Position numbers and translations under genes: made by a program
DNA from: Flaccisagitta enflata
Taxonomy: Eukaryota
Direction: 5' to 3'
Length of the DNA: 64,000 nt
Assembly (NCBI GenBank): GCA_965153355.1
Contig: OZ231126.1
Coordinates: 44,950,001-45,014,000 of the forward strand
Part shown: positions 1 to 15,433 of the stretch, piece after piece
Position numbering within the stretch: the stretch's first letter is position 1
Layout of the letters: every line of letters begins with the position of its first letter
The notes under the pieces: model-generated
What the model was told of the DNA's origin: nothing
Database searches by the model: none
What the model saw: only the letters and a program-made list of their open reading frames with translations

Positions 1-49
1 TCTCACCAATTTTTCCAACCATCTCCTACTAAAAGTATAGTTATTACTT

Positions 50-336
50 TTTAGATGCGTCCTCGCATCTCTATAAGAGGGTCTGTCCGTCCGTCCGTCC
101 GTCCGTCCGTCCGTCCGTCCGTCCGTCCGTCCGTCGGTCGGTCCGTTACGCCTCCTTGAAAATCGCAGTTTTTCGCACTTTTCAGCCGCGAGCATGTCGT
201 GTATCAAGTCGTTAGGATATCTTGAGAGCCTCATTTGATACTATGTCTTCATCTGTCCGTCCGTCCAAGGCTAGCGCCAAAGTCAATACACGTAGAGACA
301 CAGTCAGGACGCATCATTGCCTGATCGGGCTTGTTA
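50..336 (+). mobile_element. Helentron-associated (HINE/DINE-1-like) non-autonomous element
   Basis: 5' TTTTAGATGCGTCCTCGCATCT hairpin, (GTCC)n tract, 3' GGACGCATC subterminal inverted repeat plus GCCTGATCGGGC stem-loop and TTGTT end; absent at the equivalent site near 17490, no TSD. Confidence 0.7.
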
Positions 337-366
337 TAGGTGAACGAAGAGTTTTGTCCTAGGTAA

Positions 367-1230
<864 letters not shown>

Positions 1231-1314
1231 ATTCAAAAGGATAACAACAGTATTGACGACAAATTTATTTACATTTCTTTCAATTCCGCATATTGATCCC
1301 TAATTCCTCCGCAG

Positions 1315-2324
1315 CTTTTCGCAACTTCCAGTCCGCCTTTTCCATCTCGTCTGCGCTTCGTTCTTTGCCGATATTTCGTCTCGAGACCACGTGGAGATTC
1401 ATCGGCGAACACTCGACGAAAGAGCTGGAGGACTTCCGACGCCTCGTCCGCATCACCGACGACGCCGACAACTTCGCCGCCTATCGGAGAATGACGGATG
1501 ATGTAAAGGTGCTCGACGGGACAGGAGGAGGAAGAGGAGGAGGAGGAGGAGATGACAGCGGAGAAGTCGCCTTTATCGCTCCGCTCATGTTTCTCGGGTT
1601 TTACGTCAACGAACGTCGTCGTCTCAATCAATGGAATCTCGCGGTAATTAGTGGAAGCGGTAGCACGAATAGTGGCATTGGCGTTAGTGCTGGCACTAAC
1701 ATCATTGGCGGCTGTGACAACAAATGCGGAGACACCGGAAATATTGCCAGCGGCGGCGGCGGATGCAGCGTGACCGGCGGCGGAGGTGTCAGCGAGGATG
1801 ATTGGGCTGCGGAGTTGGTGGCAGACGTGGTTTTGCGTCGCGTCGAGTCTGAGGCTTTGGAACTGGAAACGCGAGAAAAGCTTCGACTTCTTTGTTTGGC
1901 GGAAACTCGTCACGATTCTCGATGGGCGTGTTTGATGTTGAGAGGATGGACCAAAGACAAGATCAAATCCATGATACCATGTTTCGCCGTCAGAGCGGCC
2001 AAGATGGAAGCCTTCGTCGCCTCGCAAAGGCCGATCGCTCATCCCAGGCAGAGGAAAGAAGAGGAGGAAGAAGAGGAATCAGTTCGCATCGTCGGTCGCG
2101 TCGCGGCGGCGCTCGACAAGTTCGTCAACTGCAACGAACATCGTCTGGAGGCTCGGCTGTTGAAGGCGCAATGCGCGGCGTTGGGATATCACAAGCTGGT
2201 CAGCGATCCTAGACTGCGGGCGCAGCTACTGAGAAGTCCCTGCAACCCGGAAAAGGATAATTTGTTGATTAGTTTTCTACACGATCCCGTCTGCGAACTG
2301 AATCAATTTTGGAGGAATTTGTGA
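1315..2324 (+). CDS. RasGEF (CDC25-homology) protein, terminal exon, intact copy A
   Basis: Acceptor TTCCTCCGCAG at 1314. FRNFQSAFSISSALRSLPIFRLETTW matches the CDC25 NxNSxxAIxxALxxxPIxRLxxTW motif; also DNFAAYRR, PLMFLGFYV and QCAALGYHKLVSDP. Open to TGA at 2324. Confidence 0.85.
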
Positions 2325-2389
2325 AAGAGGGTTTCTCATTGAGCCTCGACTAAAAGGAGGAGGGGGGGTTTAACCCAAGTCGCGATATT

Positions 2390-2613
2390 CTTAGTCGCGT
2401 GCACGCGAATCTATAACCCACTTTGTCCGTCGGTCGGTTGGTTGGTCGGTCGGTCGGTCGGTCGGTCGGTCGGTCGGTCGTTCGGTCACACTTTACTTTT
2501 TTTATGATTTTATTTCTTTGACCTCACTGCTCCTGCCCAAATAGTCTGATGACCTCAAATATGGCCCCTGCCCACCCGCACGCGACTTCGGTAGCCGTGT
2601 ATCCGGCCTTGTT
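2390..2613 (+). mobile_element. HINE/DINE-1-like element, AGTCGCGTGC family
   Basis: 5' AGTCGCGTGCACGCGA palindrome, (GTCG)n, 3' GCACGCGACT and GCCGTGTATCCGGC stem-loop, CTTGTT end. Further copies near 7628, 10340, 19717, 30404(-), 31810, 40665, 45424(-), 53315(-), 58707. Confidence 0.75.
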
Positions 2614-3106
2614 TTTATTTGTAGTGGTGACCTTAGAAAGGTAGCTTTAGAGAGCGATGGAAAAAAATTGCTTTGAAAGCGAGAGAGACATAAATGCGAT
2701 AAGTTGGTGGTAAAAAACATAGATGAAGGAAAGTTTTCGATTTAAAGAAGTAGAATAAACAGGAATATGACATGCGCTGTGTTTTTACGTTTCATTTGGA
2801 CGTTGTTATAATTGTTTTTTGGAGGAATAATGAATAGAAAACCAAGTCTACGCGACAAAGACTCTAAATTCCATCAAGATGGTCATTTGTGTTTGGCGAC
2901 GTTTGGGAAGGACGGCGACAATGTCGCTTCTTCTCGTCAGAGGGACCTAGGGAGGGCACGAAAATGACAACTGAGCAACGTTAATAGTCGCGAGGACCAT
3001 TTGAGCCGAAACGATGACACGAGAATTACAGGAACCAAATCATTATGTGACCCGCCTTTGCCAGCAGGAGGCTGGCGCAAAAGGGGTTGAGGATGGTGGA
3101 AGAGCG

Positions 3107-3113
3107 TGAGAGG

Positions 3114-3203
<90 letters not shown>

Positions 3204-3714
3204 GAATCACACACACACGGACACAAGCGGAAGAAAGATAATAACCCAAACCCACCGACCACAGTACTCACGGCAGTAAACTTGAAATGAGAAAAACAAG
3301 AAAAAGCAAGACCTGAAAGTCAAGGCGCGACGTGATTGGCGGACAGAAAACAGAAAAATGACGGACAAAGACTTGAGATAGTGTTAGATGAAAGGGGCAG
3401 TGGATGTATTATGTGATGGGAGGCGTGTGATTCCTTTAACTATAGGCTGTTAGAAAGTAATGGGCAAAGAAGACGATTGAAAAAAAAACGCCTCCAGGTC
3501 TTATCTGAGATCTCGCCCATTAGACCATCATTAACCGGAAAATAACGATAAAGAGAAAAGAACCGGTCGACAAGAGATCAACCGCCTACCGATAAGCTTC
3601 TCAGCTTTTTCTTTTTCTTTTTTTCTATTTCTTTTTCTATTGCTTTTTCTTTCTTCTTCTTCTTCTTCTTCTTCTTCTTCTTCTTCTTCTTCTTCTTCTT
3701 CTTCTTCTTCTTCT

Positions 3715-3749
<35 letters not shown>

Positions 3750-3810
3750 TTCTTCTTCTCCTTCTTCTTCTTCTTCTTCTTCTTCTTCTTCTTCTTCTTC
3801 TTCTTCTTCC
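3107..3810. repeat. (GA)n and (TTC)n microsatellites
   Basis: (GA)n at about 3107-3200 and (TTC)n at about 3650-3810, read directly. Confidence 0.95.
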
Positions 3811-3893
3811 ATTGGCGAATAGCCTCCTTCTTCTCCTCCTCAAGAGGTTTTTTCTTTCACTTATTCTTTTTCCGTTACTTCTTCTTCATTTTC

Positions 3894-4084
3894 TTTTTAG
3901 TTGCGGACACGCAACTCTATCAGAGGCTGTGTCTGTCCGTCCGTTGGTCCATCCGTTGGGCCATCAGCACGAGTCGAAAGTGGGAAAACGAGTGTTTTAG
4001 ATGTTTTTTTGTGTATGTATTTGGGGGTCGGACGTCCCTACCCACCCGTCCGCAATGATATTACGACCCCGTGTCACCTTCTTT
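3894..4084 (+). mobile_element. HINE-like element, AGTTGCGGAC family
   Basis: TTTTAGTTGCGGACACGCAACT 5' hairpin, GTCC repeats, 3' GTCCGCAA. Counterpart at about 21393-21580; related minus-strand copy at 42200-42380. Confidence 0.6.
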
Positions 4085-5268
4085 TTTCTTTTTCTTTTTC
4101 TTGTCTTGTCTTTCTTTTCTCATCGTTCTCCATTCTTCTCCTTCTTAGTCCACTTGGGAGGGCTAATGATAGTTATTGATTTCGTATTGTTGTTGAAATT
4201 CCTTTTTCTAATTCACTTTTCATTTTTTCCTGTGTGAAATGATTTTAAGAATTTCATCCTCATTTAAGTTTTTGTTCTGTTCAACGCGCAGTAATCATCC
4301 CAGGAATAAGGTCTTTCAATCGAAATGCTTCACCTTCCACTCCGCCCCATTTTCCCCATTAATCTCCAGTCATCCCACATTATCTAATAGACTTTTTGTA
4401 CACCCTTTCCATCTGCCTATCCATCTAACCCCTCTCTGTATTTTACATCGCGTGCACGTGATTTTAAGATTTGCTCTGTCGATCTATCGGTCCGTCGGTA
4501 CGTCTGTCGGTCCATGACTCTCAATCCCTACCACACGCAATGATTGGTTTCTTCTAATTTTATTGTTCACTAGGATGGACTCAATTTGGGTATTCGGAAA
4601 GTATTTCCATGCAATATCATGTTCCATTTGTATATCTAGAGGGCTATATCCTTGCAAAATCAAATTGGAGTTTGTCAAGGCACTCTGTCACCAATCCTGG
4701 CCTGTAGTTGTACAGAATGACCATGGAAGAAATTCCTCACACAACTACGGCAATCAACTCTTTACAATAACAGCATTGATGACGGAGTGCCTAGATCATG
4801 TCCCCAAATGAGCCCGGCCTTTTATTCACACAACAATAAAACTACGACACAACGTCCATTTGAAAAAAAAAGGCCAAGGAAAGAGGATATAATAAACAAA
4901 TTGCCCTCATGCAGTTTATATGAAAATCACCGATGTGCGCCAAGCCACGTTTATGCATAAGTCATATCCGTCTATTTGTCAGTCGGCCGATGTGACTCCT
5001 TCTACCGCTAACATTCAAAACACTTGTGACTTGACATTGTAAGATTTGCCATCACATCTGAAAATGCAACGTCTTACAGAACGCAAGGATCTGTTTGTTT
5101 TGAATTTCCCTGTTTCCTAATTCCCTGTTTCCTCTTTATCAGTTTTTGGTTTTGATTTCTGCGTTGAAATCGTCCTCTATGAATTTTTTTTTCATTATGC
5201 CAAAAAGGAAAGGAGGAAGCAGAAAAGAAAAAAAAACTTTTGTTTTTGCCTTTAATTTGAGATGATTA

Positions 5269-6360
<1,092 letters not shown>

Positions 6361-8473
6361 GTACGTGCAAATGGTGGTGCAATAGCGTGACTTCTTTCAT
6401 GTGTTCAGCTGGGTTAAAAGGTGGTGATCAGGTTTCCATAACCATTCTCAGTTGTGCAGGGACAGCGGGGCAAAGAGTCACTCAGGTTGTATGGGCAGGG
6501 ACAGAGAGTCAGTGATTTGTAAAACGCTCTAAAATGGAGTATTGTTCCTGGACGTGGGCATACACACAAACGGACCGATTGAAAAAAAAATATTCTAACT
6601 TCAGGAGTCCTAGTGGCAGAGATAAACACATCGGTTATCATGGCTTACCACATGATGTTCATTAGAAAAGTCTTATGAGTGATGGAGCTTGGTAAGGGTG
6701 CAATTAGGTGCAATGAATAATCATTACATTGATGGAGAGCCAGAACTTGTTGGTTACCAGTATACAATTTAGCCTATCCACTGGATAGTATCCAGTATCC
6801 TGGTTTGGAATCTATTCAGACTTTTCGCCTGTGACGTGACTTATTGTGTGTTGGCTATATTTCTCAAGACTCATACTTCTGAATTCCATTACCAGGCTCC
6901 GCAAACTTCACAATGTCATACCCCAAACTACCGCATCCTTTAATCGGCAAAAACCTAACAGCAGAATTATGACGCAGCAAAAATTTTCACTTTTATGTTG
7001 AAACTCTCTTATTCGCTTCATTTTTGTCTCGAAGGCATCTTTCCGAACTTTCATTTTTCTCCCCAAAAATGACACCAGAGGTGAATTGAGACAAAGGAAA
7101 GAGGGAGCAATTTTCCGAAATTTCTTGTTTCTTCTTATATTGCCTCGTTTCCTTTTCCCCATATCTTTACTCCCACTACGCCCTTTTGTTCACCCAACCC
7201 TTTAGCTGCGTGCCATCCTAAAGTGATGCAGTGATGCAGGAACTTATCATGGGCATTACAATGGCTGTAACTGACTGACAGACCTTAGTCCCGACACATG
7301 GACTTATCAACGCCGTCCAGTGTACTTCATGGATCATGATACCTCATTCCCCTTTTTGGGCTTGAAGTCTTTCTATTTTTACTCCAAGGAACATCACATT
7401 TATAATGCATTACTGTTTCCTTTTCTGCTCCCCCTATTCTCACCATGTTTTCTTTCAGTAAACTTAAAACTTTGAATTCCATTTTTAGACTTTTTTCATG
7501 CACTACATGATGTGGTTCTCATCTCCTCTCTCCCCTGGAACACCCGTGCAAATAACTCCGGCGTCTACACTGTACAGGCTGTTTTTGGATGACTGCTCCT
7601 GAGTCCTGACTGAATACTTGACCAGCCTTTTTAGTCGCTTTGTCCGTCCGTCCATAGGTCTGTCTGTCTGTCGGTCCGTCACACTTTTGCTTTTTTTTTA
7701 TCAATTTTATTTCCTTAAGTCATTCTAAGTCATTCTAGGTTTCGCACGCGAGGTGTTGGCCTTGTTAATTATCGCCTTCGTCCTCCTAGGGAAGCCGTGT
7801 ATCCGGTCATGATCTTTACGTTTCGTCGAGACATAGCCGTAGGACTTCCACAACAAAGTCACCCGGCCCATCTTCCAAGTTATCCCTTCGCCACCTTCTT
7901 TTTATTTTCCACTCATTTGGCATCACCGGGTCGCCTTCCTGTTCTTTTTCCTCCAGTTGCTTCCAGTTACTTCCAGCTACTTCCAGCTAGGTCCCCTCTT
8001 ACCTTTTTCTTCTTCTTCTTCATCATCTCCTTCTTTTTCTTCTTTTTCTTTTTCTTTATCTTCTTCATCTTCTTTTTTTTCTTTTTCTTTTTCTTTTTCT
8101 TTTTTTTTTCTTCTTCTTTTTCTTCTTCTTCTTCTTCTTCTTCTTCTTCTTCTTCTTCTTCTTCTTCTTCTTCTTCTTCTTCTTCTTCTTCTTCTTCTTC
8201 TTCTTCCTCTTCCTCTTCAGAACTATTTTTTCTACCTCCACCACCTCCGTGTACAAAATTCGTTGTTAATCGCTCTAGACAATCTCCGAGCCTTTATTAT
8301 CTCTACTCTTAATCTTCAACGCGAAAAAAAGAAGAAAGCTTTTCTTGCAAAGAGAATCCTGCGAATGTTTCCCCCCACACATCATTTTTATTACCCATTA
8401 TTGGCGTTTTCGAGACCGCCTTCAACCCCGTCTCTCTGTCTCTGTCTCTCTCTGTCTCTGTCTCTCTCTGTCT

Positions 8474-8614
<141 letters not shown>

Positions 8615-8618
8615 CCTT

Positions 8619-9203
8619 TTTTGGAAGGGGAGGGCAATCCTGTAGAACACAGAGATTTTACTCGCAGCAGTCCAGTCCGTGCGTCAGATCCACTGTCCTT
8701 GAGGAGCCCCGTGCTCCTTCGGGGCCCTGTTCTGATCAGTTTGTATCAGTGGCCAAATCCAAGCAATATAAAATTAAATTTAGCAAAATGACCCAAATCC
8801 AAGCGTGGCCTGATCAATGATAGCCCCAAATCTTGCCAGAAAAGCCTAATTCTGGCCTGAGGTCCCATCATTTTGGCCTCCAATACCTAGATTCTGACCA
8901 GTTTCCCAGGCCCATTTTGGCGGATTTGGTGTGTATGCACTGGTTGGAATCGTTCTTAAATTTGGGCGTGTTAGCCGGATTTGGGCTGTTGGCAGGGTGG
9001 GGTCAGAATAGGCCTGAAGGAGACGAAGCCCTGAGGATGGGGCGGGGGGGACGAACGGACGGACGGACGGAGAAATTCCCCCTGTGTTCTACAGGACTTC
9101 GTCCCCTTCGGAGCCGCTGCCCTGCTCCCTCTCAACTTAAATCACATACTACTCAAGCAGGGCACGGGTACCGCTGACCACTTACCGCCTTTGGGCTGCT
9201 ATT
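8619..9203 (+). mobile_element. HINE-like element, GGGCAGCGGC family, present only in copy A
   Basis: 3' end GCCGCTGCCCTGCT...AAGCAGGGCACGGGTACCGCTGACCA shared with other copies; the empty site near 41830 is a plain T run (TTCCTTTTTTTTCTGTGT). Confidence 0.7.
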
Positions 9204-9610
9204 TCTGTGTAAAAACAAATGTGTTTTAGGCGTTACTTATTGTACGAGGTAAATGGTGATTAAAGAAAGCAAACATGGTATTGCATACGAAACTCTCTCA
9301 ATCCGCAGTCTCCATGTACCTACGCGATGGGCATAGATTCCATAGAACCACAGAGCTGCTTCGACACGCAGACAGACAGAGAGAAAGACAGACATAAGAA
9401 CAGACAGACAGACAGAAAGACAGAAGGACGACAAAGTAAGGATCAGACATGTACATAATGGTGGAGCATGTCGGAAAATCTTAGGGAAAGAAACGTGGGA
9501 AGGGAAAGAAAAAAAGATAAAAACTAAAACAAGAAACAAGAAGTGAACAAACAAGTGACGCGGGGTCATAATATCGTTGCAGATCGGTGGGCACGCACTC
9601 GTATACACAC

Positions 9611-11209
9611 CAGAGATGTCACGATACTATCGACTAGACGATTAATCTGGTCGATTTTCTATATTTCTAAAAAATCTTCCTGATTCACCAAAGCGCACAT
9701 GTATCGGGTCGATTTTTTTTGTCTTTTTTTCCGGTGCAAAGGAAGCTAGCACTAATTTAGAAATGAGTCTGATCTGTGAGCAAATTAAGAAAAAAAGTTA
9801 TAAAACTGAATTTCTTTGATATTGAATAATCAAAAATGGAATAATGAACAAATTGAAAACAATTTTTTTTTTGTTTCAAAAGGAATGAGGCGCAGAAAAT
9901 TATGGAGATCGAGGTCACTTTTCATCCAAAATATTACCCCTTTTGGAAACAAGGCCAAGTAGGCCAATAGGTGCGACGTGTGGATCGTCGAACGAATGCG
10001 TAACCAACCGACCAACAGACCAACAGACACAACCAGTTATAGAGGTGCTTTGTCGCACCTAAAAAAGCCTTTCTGAGTATGCGCTTGGACACAAGGTAGA
10101 AACAACTGCAGTTTCATAAATGCGGGTCTTCGCGTTTTCAACTTGAACAACAGATAGACCAACAGATGGACGGACAAAGCCTTTTATACGGTATACATGC
10201 CCAGAAAAAAAAATTGCACTAAATGTCGCCTTGTTCAATTTGCCAAAAAAAGTTAGTTAAGGAGGCACCTTAAAAACTGTGGGCTTTTGGTAGTCGGTAG
10301 ATTTTTCTTCTGCTCCCAATGAGTGCTTGTTTACTCCTTTTTTTAATCGCGTGCACGCGACTCTACAACCCGCTTTGTTCGTCAGTTGGTCGATCGGTTG
10401 GTCAGTCCGTCGGTTGGTCAAACTTCACTTTTTTTTTATGATTTTTTTTTTCAACCTCACTGCTCCCGCCCAAATGATCTGGTGACCTCAAATATGGCCC
10501 CTGCCCACCCGCACGCGACTTCGGTAGCCGTGTATCCGGCCTTGTTTTTGTATCAACTGCAAATACCACTCAGCTAAAAAAATATAAAAAAATGCACCTC
10601 TTTATTGATTAATAAAACATGCGTAAAAATCAACTTTAATTATTTTTGAAAAAAATATTTTGGGAGATTTTTAAAAAATCTTTCAATTTAGACCAATTCC
10701 AAGTCTGTATCTCAAACGGTTAAGCTAGAGCCCTGCAAAGACAAGCACTAATTTGCTAAAATGCATTTTTATTTATGGACTGCAAAGCTGAAATGGGCAA
10801 CGTTCTCATTCAAACTAATGCCATTTCTAAACGAAAAAAGATAGCAATACCAGATTGGTGTCAAATGAAAGTACTGTCAAAGGGCTTTCAGATGACCTAA
10901 GATTTAGATTAGTTTTTGTAGGATTCATAGATAAAATTAGTTATCCAAAAGTGTGTCTTTTTCTTTTTGAGTGGCATGGTAACTACAAACTTACAAGGCC
11001 AAGGTAAAAATCTCAAATATCTCATTTTGTGATACCAGTTGGTTTCTAAATCATGTTGCTCTGACAGAAGACAGCATCTGTAAATGGGGAAAGGGCTAAC
11101 TGGCAAAAAATCTACCTATAGTCGATACTGAGAAGATACTTTTTTTGGAATCGACCATGATTAGATCGACCTGGTCGATACTGTAAAACAAAAAATCGTG
11201 ACATCTCTG
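9611..11209. mobile_element. Non-autonomous hAT-like DNA transposon with nested elements
   Basis: 15-bp TIR CAGAGATGTCACGAT/ATCGTGACATCTCTG; 8-bp TSD ATACACAC; single ATACACAC at the empty site near 42249. Confidence 0.9.
9948..10065 (-). mobile_element. Short HINE-like element, AGGTGCGAC family
   Basis: Reverse complement of the elements at 26525-26661 and 56185-56312 (TTTTAGGTGCGACAAAGCACCTCTATAAC...GGCCTTGTT). Confidence 0.65.
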
Positions 11210-12608
11210 ATACACACAATACTAACTGCATACCAAATGCGTGTTTTGCGTGATAGACGGACGAACAGATGGATGAACCAATGGAAGGACCAAGCCTCTT
11301 TCGCAATGGCGTGTCCGCAACTAAAAACAAGTCATCCACGGATCGCATATGGTCAACGGTATATGGTTGAAGCAATGTCAGCGTTAATAGCGTGATTTGC
11401 AAAATGCAGTCTTAAGATTTCTGCATTTTGAAAGGATAAACATATCACCGACGCTCAATTGGAATGAAAGCTAATTATCATCCTGCTGCTTTAGCAGTGC
11501 TTTGAGATTGTATGAGCGTTTTCATATGCAAAAAAAAAATCAACTTAGTTTTATATGTTGCATCAGTTCATAATGAGACCGCTGCAAGAGCCTAAATGAA
11601 GGAGCTACCCACAACAGTCAGGAAAATTTTTAGTTGCAACAATGTTCGATTTTTAAGTTGAAGAAAAAATCGAAAAACTTCAAGATTGATTTTCCCGTCT
11701 GCTTTTGGCTTTGGCTTTCTTATTTCCGCGAAGCGCCCGTGGTAACTGTTTTAATTCTCTCAAAAATGAGTAAGACGTCAATATTTTGGAGGGAAAAAGA
11801 GGGCCTATAACGCGCCGATTAGAATCATCTCCAATGTTTATTACAATATGTTCCATAAGTTTTGACTGTAGAAATTTATTTATGGCTGTCTCTAAATGCC
11901 TTACCCGCGACTGGTCATATCTGGAAAGCTCTGCTGAGGAGTGTGGACTCGATATAGCGAAATGTGTTGAGGCCCTAGTGATAACTAAATACTAGTCATT
12001 GCATAAACAGCCCTGTAGGTGAAGACATGAAGAGCATATTCAAAGTTGACACAGTAAGATGAAATTCTAACTAAAGTAGCCCAAAGGTACAAGGATACTT
12101 CAGATAAAATCTTATCTTAGGGGTCAACTAGAAATATGTTTTCATACGAAATATGTTTTATACGGTTTTGCTTTAAGTGCTGAAAGGGTAAAAATTGTAG
12201 CACATGCTTTTTTTCTAATGCTGTGCTAATAGAAAATTACTGTCAATCATGTCGGAAATTATATGTAGGAAACTTGTGTTTCTCGGAAGGTTTGAATAAT
12301 CTGTGTGTCTGGTACGCATGTTGACACCAAATTTTGATTACGTTCACGAGGGAAACTTTTCCAACGAAGGGAAAAAATGAATATGAATTTGAATTTGTAA
12401 TAAGGTTCAAAACTGAAAGAAGAAACGTGAATGAGAAAGAAAAGAAACGGCTTAAGAAGAAAAGAGATACGTGAATAGTGCAAAAAAGCACTGCCACTCC
12501 CATTCTTTTCTTTCTGTCTTCATGTCTCTGTCTCTCTGCTTTTTCTGTCTTACTGTTGTTCTGTCTTTCTCTCTTGTTTTTTTTTTAATCTTCTTTTCAG
12601 TCTTCTTT

Positions 12609-12680
<72 letters not shown>

Positions 12681-12985
12681 TTTTTTCTCTCTTTTTTTCT
12701 CTCTTTCTCTTTTCTCTTCTCTTCTTTCTCTCGTTCTCTCTCTCTCTCTTGCTCTCTCTCTCTCTCGTTCTCTCTCTCTGTTCTTCTCTCTCGTCTTTCT
12801 CTGCTCTTCTGCTCTCTCTGTCTCTCTGTCTCTCTCTCTCCCTTCTCTGTTTTCGGCTCTTTGTTTTAAACTTCAGAATTCATTTGGCGATTACCCATAT
12901 ATCCCGTGTCACACCTCCCTTCTCTCTCACACCATCCCGTTGTATTCCACCTCTCCATACCTCTTTTGCTCTCACGCTTTCCTCC

Positions 12986-13380
12986 TTTTTGGGCAGCGGC
13001 CCCGAAGGAGACGAAGTCCTGTAGAGCACAGAGGGAGTCTGTCTATCCGTCCATACATAGGCAAACATATGTACGTACGTCCACACATATGTCCGTACGT
13101 ACGTCTGTCCCCCCCATCCTCAGGGCTTTGGCCCATCATGCTTGGATTTGGGCCATTTTGCTTAGATTTGGGCCATATTGCTTGGATTTTTGCTATTTGG
13201 CAGAATTTGGGTCAGAACAGGCCCCAAAGGAGACAAAGCCCTGAGGATGGGGGGGGACAAACAGACGGATGGATGTACATATGTACAGACAGACGGACGG
13301 ACAGATTTCCCCAGCCGCTGCCCTACTCAAGCAGGGCACAGGTACCGCTGACCACTTACTGCCTTTGGGCTGCTATTTTT
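12986..13380 (+). mobile_element. HINE-like element, GGGCAGCGGC family, internally deleted relative to 43619-44246
   Basis: TTTTGGGCAGCGGCCCC start, GATTTGGGCC repeats, conserved 3' end; lacks about 230 bp present in copy B. Confidence 0.7.
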
Positions 13381-14206
13381 TATTCCTTTCCTCCTTTTCT
13401 TCCATTCCTTTCCTTCATTCCTTTCTCTCCTTTCCTTTCACTCCTTCCCTGCTTTCCTATCACCCCTCTCCTTTCCTTTCACCCCTCTCCTCCTTTACTT
13501 TCACCAATCTCCTCCTTTCCTTTCACACCTCTCCTCCTCTCCTTTCACACCTCTCCTCCTTTCCTGTCATTCCTTACCTCCAATTCCTTTTTTCACTACC
13601 TTTGCCCCTATCGAATTGTTGCCCTGTTCTCATTTCCTCTCTCCCTCCCTCCCTCCCTCACCCTGCCCTGTCTATCTCTCCAACTTTACCTTCTCATCAC
13701 AGATTTCTACCCCTTTCTTTCCTTCCCCCCCCTTTTCTGCGCTTTTTCCCCCACGTTCTCCTTTCCTTTCTGTTCCCGCCTCCACCACCGCATTGAAAAC
13801 GCTTTCGATCCGCGCTCGCGTCAAGAGAGAGAGACAGAGAAAAGAAAAGGATAGTAGAAGAAAGAAAGGAGGAGGAGAGCCGTAAAAATTTCCTCTTGAT
13901 TCATATCTTTAGAAAGGGAATTTGAGTGAAATTCAGATTTCTCGGATTTTGTTCAAAATTCATCAGGGAGACATGATTTTGGATTTAAGTAGCGGGAAGT
14001 GGCTCTCAAACCCACACCGCCCGCCCGCACTCAGGTCGTCAAGAGGAGGAAAAAGCGGAAATGGAAGACGAAATGGGGGGGGGGAGGAGGAAGGAAAAAA
14101 AAATAAGATTTAAAAAAATGAATAAAAGTGGGAAAAAACGAAAATAGTATGAAAAGTTTAACCACGGAAGAGGAAAGCGGAAGGCTCGTGTTTGTTAAGT
14201 ATTCGT

Positions 14207-14216
14207 NNNNNNNNNN
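14207..14216. other. Assembly gap
   Basis: Ten N bases. Confidence 1.
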
Positions 14217-14509
14217 CTTGAAAGAGCAAAAGTTAGACTGTGGATGCGGAAGCTGGGGAAATGGTCAACAACAACACCAACTACGACAACAGCTGCATCA
14301 AGGAGGACAACTTCCGCAGCAACCGTCGACGTGTCTCTGTCGATCGACTCGAGAGAAGCTGCGCGCGTTGGTGGAAGATTTTCGACATTCGTGGGTAGAC
14401 GTATGGTATTTGACGCCTGGTGGCGACGACGGCAGTTTCAGCGGAATTCACGGCGAAATTCATGGCGACATCCAGAATGGCGCCGCGGCGTCGCCGGCGC
14501 TTTCTCTCG
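14217..14509 (+). CDS. RasGEF gene, upstream exon (5' end lost in the gap)
   Basis: GC-rich open frame ending CTCG|GTAAAA; the phase-1 donor joins 15434 in frame (G+AA=Glu). Confidence 0.6.
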
Positions 14510-15433
14510 GTAAAAAACTTACAAAAGTTGTTTTTTAAAGACATGACATAAGATTTAATATCGAAATTTAAAAACTACTGCAAATGTCCAAAACAAAACA
14601 AAACAAAACAGAACAAAACCTTTTTTTTTTGCCATGCCCTGGTTCCACAATTTTTATTTACAGGCGTGCAATTTTTTCTTTCCTTCCGAGTATCTTCTAT
14701 TTTGCCCTGGGATCTTCCGACTTGTCAAATACCCATCCAGTCTAACTACCTGTTTACTTACTCTGTCTAACTTACGGAAGGAGGGACGGAAGGAAGGGAG
14801 GGATGACGGAGGGAAGGAAGGGAGGAGAAGGGAGAAGAAAGAGGGAATAGCAGCGCAGAATGGAAGGAAGGGAGTACTTATCAGCGGAAGGGAAGCAAAG
14901 CAAAGAGGAGGAGATGACTGGAAGGAAGAAGGCGGAAATACCAGGAAGAAGGGAAAGAAGAAAGGAAGAGGGAGGAAAGAAAAGGACGCAGAGAGAAAGG
15001 AAGCAAGAAAGAAGGAGAGCATGAAACGGTTAGGCAAAGAGGGGAAGGAGGAAGAGTGTTAAAGAAAAGGAAGAGACAGTTAAGTAATAAGAAAGGGGAA
15101 GGAGTACGGGAGTAGGAAGGAATGATTGAAATGAAGGAAAGAACATTGTAAATTTGTAATTATATAGTTGTTTGTAATAAAACGGAGCACCCTAATTAAT
15201 TTCCCTTTCTTCCTTCCTCTTACTTTTGTTCTGTTTTCTTTTCTTTTTTTTTTTGTCTTCTTTTCTCTCTCTTCTTCTTCTTCTTCTTCTTCTTCTTCTT
15301 CTTCTTCTTCTTCTTCTCCATCTTCTTCTTCCAAGACCTTCCGAGAGGCCACCATGTTCTTCCGAGTAACGGGGTTACTGGTTACTGGTTACTCCACAAA
15401 ATGCACGCCTGTGACCACAAATCTTGCTTACAG

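Noticed and set aside
1269-2042. 257-aa minus-strand ORF (also 18576-19229)
   Set aside because: Antisense shadow of the GC-rich RasGEF exon; no recognisable motifs.
4563-4811. Possible exon after the acceptor-like TTGTTCACTAG
   Set aside because: No recognisable domain or partner exons; copy B has an internal deletion.
6390-7600. Unique-looking sequence with short ORFs, possibly a decayed gene or retroelement
   Set aside because: No motif recognised, and it is interrupted by a transposon in copy B.
14128-14538. ORF spanning the N gap
   Set aside because: Joins unrelated contig ends; only 14217-14509 is treated as exon.
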